A stretch of DNA of 64,000 bases from Thermoplasmatota archaeon (GTDB lineage: Archaea > Thermoplasmatota > Thermoplasmata > UBA10834), in contig JBFMHR010000001.1 of NCBI GenBank assembly GCA_040751795.1, forward strand, positions 424,722 to 488,721, in the 5' to 3' direction. This document shows positions 47,407-56,411 of this stretch, in pieces (the stretch's first letter is position 1; each line of letters begins with the position of its first letter). The translations under genes and the position numbers were made by a program. The notes beneath the pieces are model-generated. The model made no database searches. It was not told the origin of the DNA and saw nothing but the letters and a program-made list of their open reading frames with translations.

Positions 47407-48399
47407 ATGTCGAGAGGGGCTAAGATCGCGGTCGCAGTCGGGGTCGTGGTGCTCTTCCTCCTCGCGGTGATAGTGATCACCCAGCCGAAGGAGGAGACGG
47501 TGATAACGAACGAGGACAGGCTCGCGGCCATACCGTCCTCATCGGTGAAGATGGGGCCGGAGGACGACGAGTATTTGCCGGTGGTCCACTCCTCCGAGTG
47601 GCAGCAGCCCATCCCGATGCCCGGGCCGGTCAACACGGCCGGGGCGGAGGACAGCCCGTACATTACCGACGACGGCGACTGGTTCTTCTTCTTCTTCACG
47701 CCCGACGTCACAGTGCCCGCCAACGAGCAGCTCCTCGACGGGGTCACTGGCATATGGTGGACGAGGATGATGGGCGGCGAGTGGACCCCTCCCGAGAGGA
47801 TCGTCACCCACGACGACCTCTCCCTGGACGGGGCGCAGGCCTGCGTCGGCACCACCCTCTGGTTCGCGTCCATCAGGAGCGACAACTTCGGAGAGATAGA
47901 CGTCTACACCGCGCAGTACGAGGGCGGCGAATGGACGGACGTGGAGAACGCGGGCGAGCAGCTCAACGTCGACTACGACATAGGCGAGTTCCACATCATG
48001 CCCAACGGCACCATGATGTACTTCCACAGCGGCAAGTGGGACGACGGAGCGAGCATGGACATCTGGTCCTCCGTCAAGGTGGGGGACTCGTGGTCCGAGC
48101 CCGTCAAGGTCCCGGGGGTCAACACCGACTGGGCCAACGAGGGGTACCCGTACGTCACCCCGGACGGGCAGGAGCTGTGGTTCACGGCCGAGAGCAGGCT
48201 GGGCATGGGCTACACCGGCCCAGCGATATTCAGGTGCGTGCTGCAGCCGAACGGGACCTGGGGCGAGCCGGAGGAGGTCGTCTCCAACTTCGCAGGCGAG
48301 TGCACCATGGACGACGACGGCAACCTCTACTTCGTCCACCACTACTTCGTCGACGGGGAGATGGTCGAGGCGGACATCTACGTGGCCATGAAGAGCTGA
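47407..48399 (+). CDS. Membrane-anchored PD40/TolB-like beta-propeller protein
   Basis: N-terminal TM; repeats VNTAGAEDSPYITDDG, VNTDWANEGYPYVTPDGQELWF, DIWSS...WSEP. Confidence 0.8.
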   Translation: MSRGAKIAVAVGVVVLFLLAVIVITQPKEETVITNEDRLAAIPSSSVKMGPEDDEYLPVVHSSEWQQPIPMPGPVNTAGAEDSPYITDDGDWFFFFFTPDVTVPANEQLLDGVTGIWWTRMMGGEWTPPERIVTHDDLSLDGAQACVGTTLWFASIRSDNFGEIDVYTAQYEGGEWTDVENAGEQLNVDYDIGEFHIMPNGTMMYFHSGKWDDGASMDIWSSVKVGDSWSEPVKVPGVNTDWANEGYPYVTPDGQELWFTAESRLGMGYTGPAIFRCVLQPNGTWGEPEEVVSNFAGECTMDDDGNLYFVHHYFVDGEMVEADIYVAMKS

Positions 48400-48412
48400 G
48401 CCCTGGCCGGGC

Positions 48413-48901
48413 TCACTCCCCCAGCGAGGCGGCGAACTGCCGGGCGTACTCCCTGGCCCTGTCCAGCTCGCCCTCGTCCAGCGGGCCCTTCATGTCCTTG
48501 ACCGAGCACCTGAGGCACGGGCTCCGGACCTTCAGCCCCCTCTTCTCCGCGAGGGCGGCAAGGAAGCCGGCCGCACCCGGCTCGACCCACTTCCTCGAGC
48601 TCTCGCGCTTCTTGGGGTCGTCGCCCCGGTAGGGCGCGTACGTGTCGAAGACCGCGATTGGCTTCGCGCCCCACGCCCCGACGTCGAGCTTCTTCACCAG
48701 CCTCTTGGAGGGGCGGGTCATCTTCTTGAACCTGGTCGGGGAGCCCACCATCAGGAAGCCGCCCTCCGAGGGCACCTCGCGGCTCACCCTGAGGTTCAGC
48801 ATGGCCACCTGGTGGCCGGCCCTCTCGATCTCCTCCCTCATCGCCTCCGCGACGGCCCTCGTGTTCCCGAAGTAGCTGTCGAACGCGATCACGCCCTTCA
48901 T
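48413..48901 (-). CDS. Flavodoxin
   Basis: FDSYFGNTRAVAE, VGSPT, AVFDT, GPLDEGELDRA. Confidence 0.85.
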   Translation of the reverse strand: MKGVIAFDSYFGNTRAVAEAMREEIERAGHQVAMLNLRVSREVPSEGGFLMVGSPTRFKKMTRPSKRLVKKLDVGAWGAKPIAVFDTYAPYRGDDPKKRESSRKWVEPGAAGFLAALAEKRGLKVRSPCLRCSVKDMKGPLDEGELDRAREYARQFAASLGE

Positions 48902-49040
48902 GGTATCCCGCGGGTGAATCGCCCTCGGCCCTCTTAACCCTGTCAGCCGGGCCGGCCGGGCCCGGCCGCGCCTGGGGCGCCAGCCGGGACAGGCAATGTT
49001 TCAAATGCTATACTACGCTTTCACCCTGAGGCACCGCCCG

Positions 49041-49682
49041 ATGATGGGGACGCTCGACACCGAGACTGTCAAGAGGAGGCTGCGGTTCGACTACGTCCGC
49101 GTCAAGAACGAGCCCGGGTCCAGGGCCGTCGACGGCATCACCTCCCTCATGGCGCACTTCCACAGGCAGCAGCTGAGCATCAACGAGGTGATCCAGGAGG
49201 CCTCGGACATAATCCAGAGGCAGTTCAAGCTCAAGTGGGTCATGATCGGCATCAAGGGGAAGGCCGACGGCCTGTTCCGCTACACCGTCATGACCGGCAT
49301 GAACAAGGACGTCTGGGAGAGGCAGAGGAGGAGGACCTACAGGGCGGAGGACTTCGACCCCTCCTGCGCGACCTACAGGTTCGGGGAGATATCGGACCTC
49401 ACCAGGGTCTACCTCCAGGAGGAGAACATGCTCTACAGCGAGGAGGAGAAGAAGCTGGTGCAGAGGCCTGCCCTCCTCTTCTCCAAGCGCGTCTCGTCCA
49501 GCGAGACCCTGGAGGCGGATTTCATCGACACTCTCATGTACGGGCCCGGGAGGACCCTCCTCGGATGGATAGAGTACTCGGGCACGGTCGCGAACGAGTT
49601 CCCGCAGCCGGTGGTCATCAGGCAGATCGAGGGCTATGCGGCGGTCCTCGCGGCCGCGGTGGCCGTCCACCTGCACTCCTGA
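49041..49682 (+). CDS. Stand-alone GAF-like domain protein
   Basis: INEVIQEASDII...WVMIGI...FRY...LLGWIEYSG...FP...IRQIEGYAAVLAAAV. Confidence 0.62.
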   Translation: MMGTLDTETVKRRLRFDYVRVKNEPGSRAVDGITSLMAHFHRQQLSINEVIQEASDIIQRQFKLKWVMIGIKGKADGLFRYTVMTGMNKDVWERQRRRTYRAEDFDPSCATYRFGEISDLTRVYLQEENMLYSEEEKKLVQRPALLFSKRVSSSETLEADFIDTLMYGPGRTLLGWIEYSGTVANEFPQPVVIRQIEGYAAVLAAAVAVHLHS

Positions 49683-49697
49683 GGGGCGTGCCGCACC

Positions 49698-50453
49698 ATG
49701 AGGGCCAGGAGGGCCTTGGTCAGGGAGCCGGGGAGCGGGTTCTCGAGGTGCATATCGACGCACCCCATGAGGCACACCATAGACGTCGGGCGCGCGCGGG
49801 CGCAGCACGCGATGTACGTCTCCACCCTGGAGTCACTCGGCCTGGAGGTCATCCGGATCGACAGGGACGACTCCCTCCCCGATTCGTGCTTCGTCGAGGA
49901 CACGGCCATCGTCCACGGGGAGAAGGCGCTCGTGGGCAGGCCGGCGAAGGAGGCGAGGAGGCGCGAGACCGGGGCGGTCATGTCCGTCCTGTCCCGGCAC
50001 CTGAGCGTCAGGTCGGCCGAGGAGCCGGCGACCGTCGAGGGCGGGGACGTCCTCCACCTCGAGGGGAGGCTCGTGTGCGGGCTCAGCAAGCGGACCAACG
50101 CCGAGGGCGCCAGGCAGCTGTCCGACTGGCTGGAGGTCAGGGTCGACACGGTCGAGGACCCCTCGGTCATGCACCTGAAGAGCCACGTCAGCCACATAGA
50201 CGGGGACAGGGTGCTCGTGACGAGGGCCTTCGCCCGGCACCCAGCGCTGGACGGCCTCGACAGGCTGGTGGTCCCCGACGGGGAGGAGTACGCCGCCAAC
50301 CTCCTGTCCGTGGACGGCACGGTCGTCATGCCGAAGGGCTACCCCGCGACCGAGGCGCTCCTCAGGCGCCACGGCGTCGAGGTGGTGGCCCTCGAGATGA
50401 CCGAGTTCCCCAAGTGCGACGGTGCGATGACGTGCCTGTCGGTGCTCTTCTGA
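49698..50453 (+). CDS. Dimethylarginine dimethylaminohydrolase (amidinotransferase family)
   Basis: PDSCFVEDTAIV, RRRET, VEGGDVL, RTNAEG, HLKS, DGAMTCLSVLF. Confidence 0.9.
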   Translation: MRARRALVREPGSGFSRCISTHPMRHTIDVGRARAQHAMYVSTLESLGLEVIRIDRDDSLPDSCFVEDTAIVHGEKALVGRPAKEARRRETGAVMSVLSRHLSVRSAEEPATVEGGDVLHLEGRLVCGLSKRTNAEGARQLSDWLEVRVDTVEDPSVMHLKSHVSHIDGDRVLVTRAFARHPALDGLDRLVVPDGEEYAANLLSVDGTVVMPKGYPATEALLRRHGVEVVALEMTEFPKCDGAMTCLSVLF

Positions 50454-50494
50454 CCGATGAGAAACTGAGAAAAGGGTTTGCGGGTCTCGGTCGC

Positions 50495-51730
50495 TCAGGC
50501 GACTCCCCAGAACGACTCGAGGAACGCCCACCATCCGATGTTCGGGAACTCGAAGCCCATGTAGAGCTCGTAGCTCCCGGCGCTCGCGACGGTGTACATG
50601 CTGTACGACGGCGGGACGAGTATGCCCATGCCGGTGTAGCCGAACAGCTCGTTGTTCTTGCAGACGCCCATGCCGATGACGCACTCGGAGTAGGCCGACA
50701 GCACGGCCGCGCAGTCCGCGGCCACCGGGTCGTCCTCATCCACGCCGTCCAGGATGCCCTGCACGAACATGCCGAGGTCCACCTGGCCCGCGGACCTCGC
50801 GCCCCACGGGTTCACTGCGGCCATCTGCGCGGCGGAGATCACGGCTCCGTACGACCCCATGTCGCCCGCCATGGTCGCCGCCATCCTCAGGACCGCCGAC
50901 CCGAGGGCCTCCACCTTGGACATGTCGAACACCGACTGCGACGTCAGTATCTCGCTCTGGTAGGGCGGGACGCTGAAGTACTCGGTGAACTCCTCGACGA
51001 TGACGAGGCTCAGGGCCCTCTCGCCCATGTCCGGGTCCTCGATCAGCCGTCTGAGTATCTCGTCGTACGAGAAGCCCCTCCAGCCGATGTAGTTCTCGCT
51101 CGCGACCCAGTAGTCCATGTCGACCCCGTTGGCGTGGTACTCGTAGATGGTCTCCAGCTGGCCTATCGAGCACTCGTCCGCGGCCATGATGTCCATGTGG
51201 TGGCCGTCGAGCGCCCCGATCAGCTCGTGGTGGGACAGCCAGTCCGTCGATATGGTGCCGTCGGGCATGGTCTCGTCGCAGGCGACGCCGTGCACGCCGG
51301 AGCCGTGGTCCCAGAAGAAGAGCACCATGTGCTCGGCCGGGAAGCCGTCCGCGGCATACTGGAGGAACATCTCCATCGTCGCCTGGTCGCCCATGTTGAG
51401 CTCCCCCAGCTCCTCGAGGACCACGCGCTCGTGCCCCTCGATGGTCATCAGGACCGCCGGCTCGTACAGCTTGTCCATGAGTATCAGCACGTTGACGTCC
51501 TCGCTCGACCCCCCGAGCTCCAGCTCGAGGAGATCCGTCTCGGTGTACTCGTCGAGGTTGTTGTCCGCGACCAGGTACACGAGCATCGTCCAAGTGGCGA
51601 TGCCGTCCTCGGTGACCTCCTCGGCGACCCCGTCCTCCGGCGCGACGTCGTTGACGCCGTTGCCGGCACCCCCACCGGCGGAGCTCAGGCCCGCGAGAAG
51701 CGAGACCGCGAGCAGCGCCGAGACCAACAC
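50495..51730 (-). CDS. Secreted clostripain-like cysteine peptidase (C11), copy 3 (true start probably further upstream)
   Basis: WTMLVYLVADNNLD, ELNMGD, FWDHGSG, AADECS, VASE. Confidence 0.87.
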   Translation of the reverse strand: MLVSALLAVSLLAGLSSAGGGAGNGVNDVAPEDGVAEEVTEDGIATWTMLVYLVADNNLDEYTETDLLELELGGSSEDVNVLILMDKLYEPAVLMTIEGHERVVLEELGELNMGDQATMEMFLQYAADGFPAEHMVLFFWDHGSGVHGVACDETMPDGTISTDWLSHHELIGALDGHHMDIMAADECSIGQLETIYEYHANGVDMDYWVASENYIGWRGFSYDEILRRLIEDPDMGERALSLVIVEEFTEYFSVPPYQSEILTSQSVFDMSKVEALGSAVLRMAATMAGDMGSYGAVISAAQMAAVNPWGARSAGQVDLGMFVQGILDGVDEDDPVAADCAAVLSAYSECVIGMGVCKNNELFGYTGMGILVPPSYSMYTVASAGSYELYMGFEFPNIGWWAFLESFWGVA

Positions 51731-51853
51731 ACAGATTGCTCTCTTCGAACTCTCGTTTAGAGGTATCCCCTCACCCCCTGTAAGACCGAGGGGTGGAACG
51801 GCCTCGGCCCGTTTAACCCTGCCGATACTGACTATATGAACGCGGCGGGGGGC

Positions 51854-53098
51854 TCAGCGCCCCTCCTGCTCCTCGTCCGTCCTGATCTTGAAGTCCCTGA
51901 ACACGAGGAAGAACAGGGTTATCCCGGCCGCGTAGAACGCGGCCGCGATGTAGAAGGGCAGCCTGTAGTCCCCGTCCTCCAGGATCTCCCCGCCCACGAT
52001 GGTGCTCGCGCTGTTGGGGAGCCGCCAGACGATGGAGTTCAGGGCGCTCGCGAATCCCCGCTCCTCCTTCCTCACTATGCCCATCATGAAGGAGTCGAGT
52101 AGGGGCACGGCCATGTTCATCAGGGCCGCCCGGACGAGGTAGAGGCCCGCCGCCATTATGGCGCCGGGCGCGAACGCGAGGCTGAGCATGAAGACCGTCG
52201 ATACGGCCTGCGTCAGCACTATGGCCCTGATCATCCCGAGGTTCTTGGCGAGCCCCGCGCTCGCCATGGCCACGATGCCTATTGTTATGTTCGAGACCGC
52301 GAGCAGGGGGCCGCTCCAGGCGTCGGTGACGCCGAACTTCAGCCACATCCATGTCGCTATGAGGGGGATGATGAAGCCCGCGCCGAGCCCGATGAGGCTG
52401 TTGATGCCCGAGAACTTCAGGAGGACCCGCGTGCTGTCCCCGCGGATGAGGCCGGTCTGGGGCCTCATCACCTCCTCGTAGTCCCTCAGCAGCGGCCAGA
52501 GCAGCACGGGCGACACGGCGGCGAGGGCCGTCATGGCGATGTAGGCGTAGTTGTGCACCTCCTCGGACGAGAGGCCGGTCCACGCCTGTATCGCGGGGAA
52601 CACGAAGGGCAGCGCCATGCCTATCCCGAACGAGGCGTTCCCGACTATGAACGAGAGGGAGAACGCGTGGGTCCTGTTCTCGTTGGTCGTCTGGTCGGCT
52701 ATGAGCGCGTTCCATGTCGACGCGAAGCCCCCCTCGCACAGCCCCGCGATGGAGGTGGCGATCAGCAGCGGGAGCAGTTCCTGGGTGAAGGCGAAGACAA
52801 GGATGGACGGGGGTATCCCCAGCATGCCCAGGAGGAAAATCGTCTTGCGGCCCCGACGGTCCGCGAGGATCCCGATGGGGATGGCGCTCAGCACGAACAC
52901 CAGCCCGTTCACGCCTATGAGGAGGCCCACGTCGCCAGTGGTCAGGCCCACCTCGGGCAGGTAGGCGGTTATGGCGATGATGATGTACCCGTAGGCTACG
53001 CTGGAGAACGACGTGAGGTAGATCAGCTTCTTGACCCTCGGCGGGACGGACTTGAACCCGACCCGACCCTCCTTCTTCCCGGACTCCCCTCTCTCCAT
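51854..53098 (-). CDS. MFS transporter
   Basis: About 12 TM helices; motif A GILADRRGRK. Confidence 0.92.
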   Translation of the reverse strand: MERGESGKKEGRVGFKSVPPRVKKLIYLTSFSSVAYGYIIIAITAYLPEVGLTTGDVGLLIGVNGLVFVLSAIPIGILADRRGRKTIFLLGMLGIPPSILVFAFTQELLPLLIATSIAGLCEGGFASTWNALIADQTTNENRTHAFSLSFIVGNASFGIGMALPFVFPAIQAWTGLSSEEVHNYAYIAMTALAAVSPVLLWPLLRDYEEVMRPQTGLIRGDSTRVLLKFSGINSLIGLGAGFIIPLIATWMWLKFGVTDAWSGPLLAVSNITIGIVAMASAGLAKNLGMIRAIVLTQAVSTVFMLSLAFAPGAIMAAGLYLVRAALMNMAVPLLDSFMMGIVRKEERGFASALNSIVWRLPNSASTIVGGEILEDGDYRLPFYIAAAFYAAGITLFFLVFRDFKIRTDEEQEGR

Positions 53099-53220
53099 CT
53101 GCGGCCTGGCACCTCTAGCGGGCTCTGCCCGCGAGGGCCTCCGAATGGGATAGGCCCAGATAAAGGCACATCACCCACAGAAAAGATGAACAGACTGTAG
53201 GGGCATTCGACACAGCGCCA

Positions 53221-54276
53221 ATGCTCAGGAACGAGGTCGAGAAGGCCGTCGACGAGACGGTCGCCAAGCTCGGTCAGATGGGGGTCCCGCCGGTCAGGAG
53301 GTGGATCCTGGAGTACGTGCTATGGAAGGAGAAGTCCGACCCGGCGCTCCAGAGGGCCACCGAGGAGTGCCTCTCCTACCGCCCCATGCTGAAGCTCCTG
53401 TCCTCGCAGAACCCGGACGGGACCTGGCCGATCCCGAGGCAGAGGAAGGCCGAGGAGGACGCCGGGCCCGGGCCGCCCTACGGGTGGACCCACACGACCA
53501 TGGTCAGGAACCTCTACATGCTCTTCGAGTACTGGGCCACGAGGGACATGGGCCACATCGCGGACTCCCTCGAGCTCCTCCTCAGCTGGCAGGGGGAGGA
53601 CGGGTTCATAAAGGGCCCGGAGGAGAACGGGATCCCGAGGCCTTACAGCAACGGGCTCACCCTCGGCGTGCTAATCAAGTTCGGCATGAAGGGGGACCCG
53701 AGGATCGAGAGGCTCGTGGGCGCCCTCATGAAGGCCCAGCGCCACGACGGCGGCTGGAACATCCCGTACATCCAGGACATGAGGTACCTCCCCGAGTTCA
53801 GGTACCTGGGCCTCGACGCGTTCAGGCAGCGCCTGGCGGCGGGGGACGTCCCGGATTACGACCCGCGCGACTACGACGACGTCCCCAGCTGCATATGGAC
53901 CACCCTCGGGGCCCTCCGGGGGATATCGATGTACCGCTCGCTCAACGGGGAGAGGAACGTGAGGAGGGCGGCGGAGTTCGTCCTGGACAGGTTCTTCATG
54001 AGGAACCACCACGCCTCGTTCTACCAGTCGGGCAGCAACTGGACGATGCTGAAGTTCCCGACCTACTACGGCAGCGGCCTCACCGCCCTCGACACCCTCG
54101 TCCACATGGGCTTCGGGCCCAACGACGAGCGCATGGAGAAGCCCATCAGGTGGCTGCTGGGCGCCCGGTCGAAGGACGGCATGTGGCACAGGACGGAGAG
54201 GCCGCACCCGATAGACGACCAGTGGATCTCCCTGGTCTGCCTCGAGATCCTGGGGCACTTCAGGGAGATGTACTGA
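53221..54276 (+). CDS. Prenyltransferase/squalene-oxidase (QW) repeat alpha-alpha barrel protein
   Basis: QNPDGTW, QGEDGF, QRHDGGW, RSKDGMW. Confidence 0.75.
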   Translation: MLRNEVEKAVDETVAKLGQMGVPPVRRWILEYVLWKEKSDPALQRATEECLSYRPMLKLLSSQNPDGTWPIPRQRKAEEDAGPGPPYGWTHTTMVRNLYMLFEYWATRDMGHIADSLELLLSWQGEDGFIKGPEENGIPRPYSNGLTLGVLIKFGMKGDPRIERLVGALMKAQRHDGGWNIPYIQDMRYLPEFRYLGLDAFRQRLAAGDVPDYDPRDYDDVPSCIWTTLGALRGISMYRSLNGERNVRRAAEFVLDRFFMRNHHASFYQSGSNWTMLKFPTYYGSGLTALDTLVHMGFGPNDERMEKPIRWLLGARSKDGMWHRTERPHPIDDQWISLVCLEILGHFREMY

Positions 54277-54282
54277 GGGCGG

Positions 54283-55356
54283 TCAGCGGAGGCCGTGCTC
54301 CGCGAACTCCCCCTCGCAGGGGTTGCCCATGCACAGGTGCATCTTCAGCTTGACCGGGTCCAGGACGATGGAGTAGGTGGTCTTCGTCTGCTCGTGCGCG
54401 GGCAGCCCCCTGTCGGCGTGCCTGCATATCGAGCCGGGCCTGTTCACGTGGTCCCTCACGATCTCCATGAGCGACTCCTTGGTCACCTGGCCGAGCTGGG
54501 ACCTTATGAGCCTCAGGGCCCTGTGGTACCTCACGATGGTGCTCGACGCCCCCTCGATGGTGCGCACGCCGGGTCCCCCGAAGGCCGTCTCGTACTGGGC
54601 GAGCCGGGGGTGCAGGTAGTGGTTGGTGTGGACCAGGAAGCCGCGCTCCGGGCACAGGACCGCGAAGTCCGTCGCGGTGCCCTCGACGCAGTACATCTCG
54701 CCGCTGGAGTGGGTGATGTTGTTGTTGTAGCTCGACGCCCTGTGGGGCGGCGTGGCGGCCGCCAGGGCCTCCCCCGGCGTCGTGGACGCGAGGACCTTGG
54801 GGGCGACCATGAGCTTGGGGACCCCTACCCGCATGTCGTTCTGGTAGAGGGAGTTGCCCGTGAGCGTGATCCCGGCCGAGTTGAGCCCGGTGATCCACTC
54901 GAGGCCGCCCATGGTCATCACGAGCGCCGACGGTCTCCCCTTGGGCCTGCACTTCAGGAGCACGAGGAACTGCTCGGAGAGGGGCGTCCAGTCCTCCGTG
55001 TGGGCGGAGTAGACCCCGCCGTCAGCGGTCGCCTCGCCGTTGACCATGATGTCGGAGCAGAGCCCCTTCTCGTCGAGGCAGAACGACAGGAAGAGGTCCT
55101 CGAACGGGACGCCGGAGCCCTTGGAGTAGCCCCTGACGTATGCGACCTGGTCGGGGTTGTACGCCTCCACGAACGGGAGGTGCTTTGCCGCATTGACCCT
55201 CGACCTCTCCCAGTCCAGGGACCTCCTCTGGAGGTTCTCCCTGGCGGCCGCCATCATGCCGCGCACCTCGCGCCTGCACGCTGACCCGACCTTCGACCCC
55301 ATCGCCTCGTACGACCCTGAGGCCTCGACTACCTTCGCGCGACGACCCTTGGCCAT
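54283..55356 (-). CDS. Cytoplasmic C45-family Ntn-hydrolase
   Basis: GL|CSDI, AHTEDW, GLNSAG, HTNHYL, ICRH, GNPC. Confidence 0.85.
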   Translation of the reverse strand: MAKGRRAKVVEASGSYEAMGSKVGSACRREVRGMMAAARENLQRRSLDWERSRVNAAKHLPFVEAYNPDQVAYVRGYSKGSGVPFEDLFLSFCLDEKGLCSDIMVNGEATADGGVYSAHTEDWTPLSEQFLVLLKCRPKGRPSALVMTMGGLEWITGLNSAGITLTGNSLYQNDMRVGVPKLMVAPKVLASTTPGEALAAATPPHRASSYNNNITHSSGEMYCVEGTATDFAVLCPERGFLVHTNHYLHPRLAQYETAFGGPGVRTIEGASSTIVRYHRALRLIRSQLGQVTKESLMEIVRDHVNRPGSICRHADRGLPAHEQTKTTYSIVLDPVKLKMHLCMGNPCEGEFAEHGLR

Positions 55357-55437
55357 CGGTATCACTGCCGGGCCACGCTATGGCCGGGCCCCGTCAAGAA
55401 CCTTACTGTCCCCCCGGGGGCGCTCCCTCCGCGCGCG

Positions 55438-56241
55438 TCACTGGGAGAGGAGGCTGTATATCATCTCGCACGCGGCCAGGTAGACCCCTCCCGTGAATAT
55501 CGCCTTCACGGCCTTGGTCCTGAGCCGCTTGAGGCCCCAGGTGGAGCCGATCAGGCCCATCACGAACACGATGGGTGTGAGGGCCGCCACGAGGTCGTAC
55601 TGGATGGATACCCCCTCGGTGAAGGCGTAGGCCAGGAACGCCGCGGGGGTCAGCACCGCCCCCATGAGGGCCGACGTCCCTATGGCGTACCTGGGCTCGA
55701 ACCTGAACACGTAGATTATGAGCGGGACGCTCACGACGCCCCCGCCGATCCCGAAGCTGCCTATGAGGAAGCCGGTCAGGACGCTGACGCCCACCCCGGC
55801 GAGCCTGCACCTGAGGCTCCAACCCGCCGGGCACCCGACGTAGTCCTTCCTGGCCTTCCGGAGGTCGTAGATCATCTTGGTCGCCACTATGACCAGGAGC
55901 GACGCGAAGGCCGCCTTGATGACCCTCTCGTCGACCGTGGTCGTGAACAGGACTCCCGCGAGGACGCCCACCAGGCCCCCCGCCGCCAGCATCGCCCCCA
56001 GCCGGAAGTGGACCAGGCCCTTCCTGCTGTGGGTGTATGTCGCGCTGAGCATCGTGACGAAGGCGAAGCAGAGCGAGAGCGGGACTATGTCCTTCATCAC
56101 CAGGCCCACGAAGAACAGGTCCATGATCGGGACGTACAGCTGCCCGCCCCCCAGGCCGAGGTTGGAGTAGAAGAACGCCACCGCCCCCGCCAGGACGGCG
56201 ACCGTCAGGACCGCGTCGACCCCGAGGGTCTCGAAGGCCAT
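55438..56241 (-). CDS. TauE/SafE-family membrane exporter
   Basis: GLGGGQLYVP and GIGGGVVSVP repeats; AIGTS. Confidence 0.88.
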   Translation of the reverse strand: MAFETLGVDAVLTVAVLAGAVAFFYSNLGLGGGQLYVPIMDLFFVGLVMKDIVPLSLCFAFVTMLSATYTHSRKGLVHFRLGAMLAAGGLVGVLAGVLFTTTVDERVIKAAFASLLVIVATKMIYDLRKARKDYVGCPAGWSLRCRLAGVGVSVLTGFLIGSFGIGGGVVSVPLIIYVFRFEPRYAIGTSALMGAVLTPAAFLAYAFTEGVSIQYDLVAALTPIVFVMGLIGSTWGLKRLRTKAVKAIFTGGVYLAACEMIYSLLSQ

Positions 56242-56361
56242 GCGTTCGTCAACGCCCCGAGCGTATAAAACCTGTCCCCTTGTACAGTCGTTCGAACCTC
56301 ATGGGCATTTTAAGAAATATCTGCGAACAACCGACGCATAAAGTCAATCCGGAGTAAATCC

Positions 56362-56371
56362 TTTTATATAT
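56362..56371 (+). promoter_or_regulatory. TATA box of the AOR gene
   Basis: ttttatatat about 40 bp upstream of ATG 56412. Confidence 0.6.
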
Positions 56372-56411
56372 TGTCGCAATTCATTCGGTGCCCGTACCAG
56401 GGGTGTCCAGC

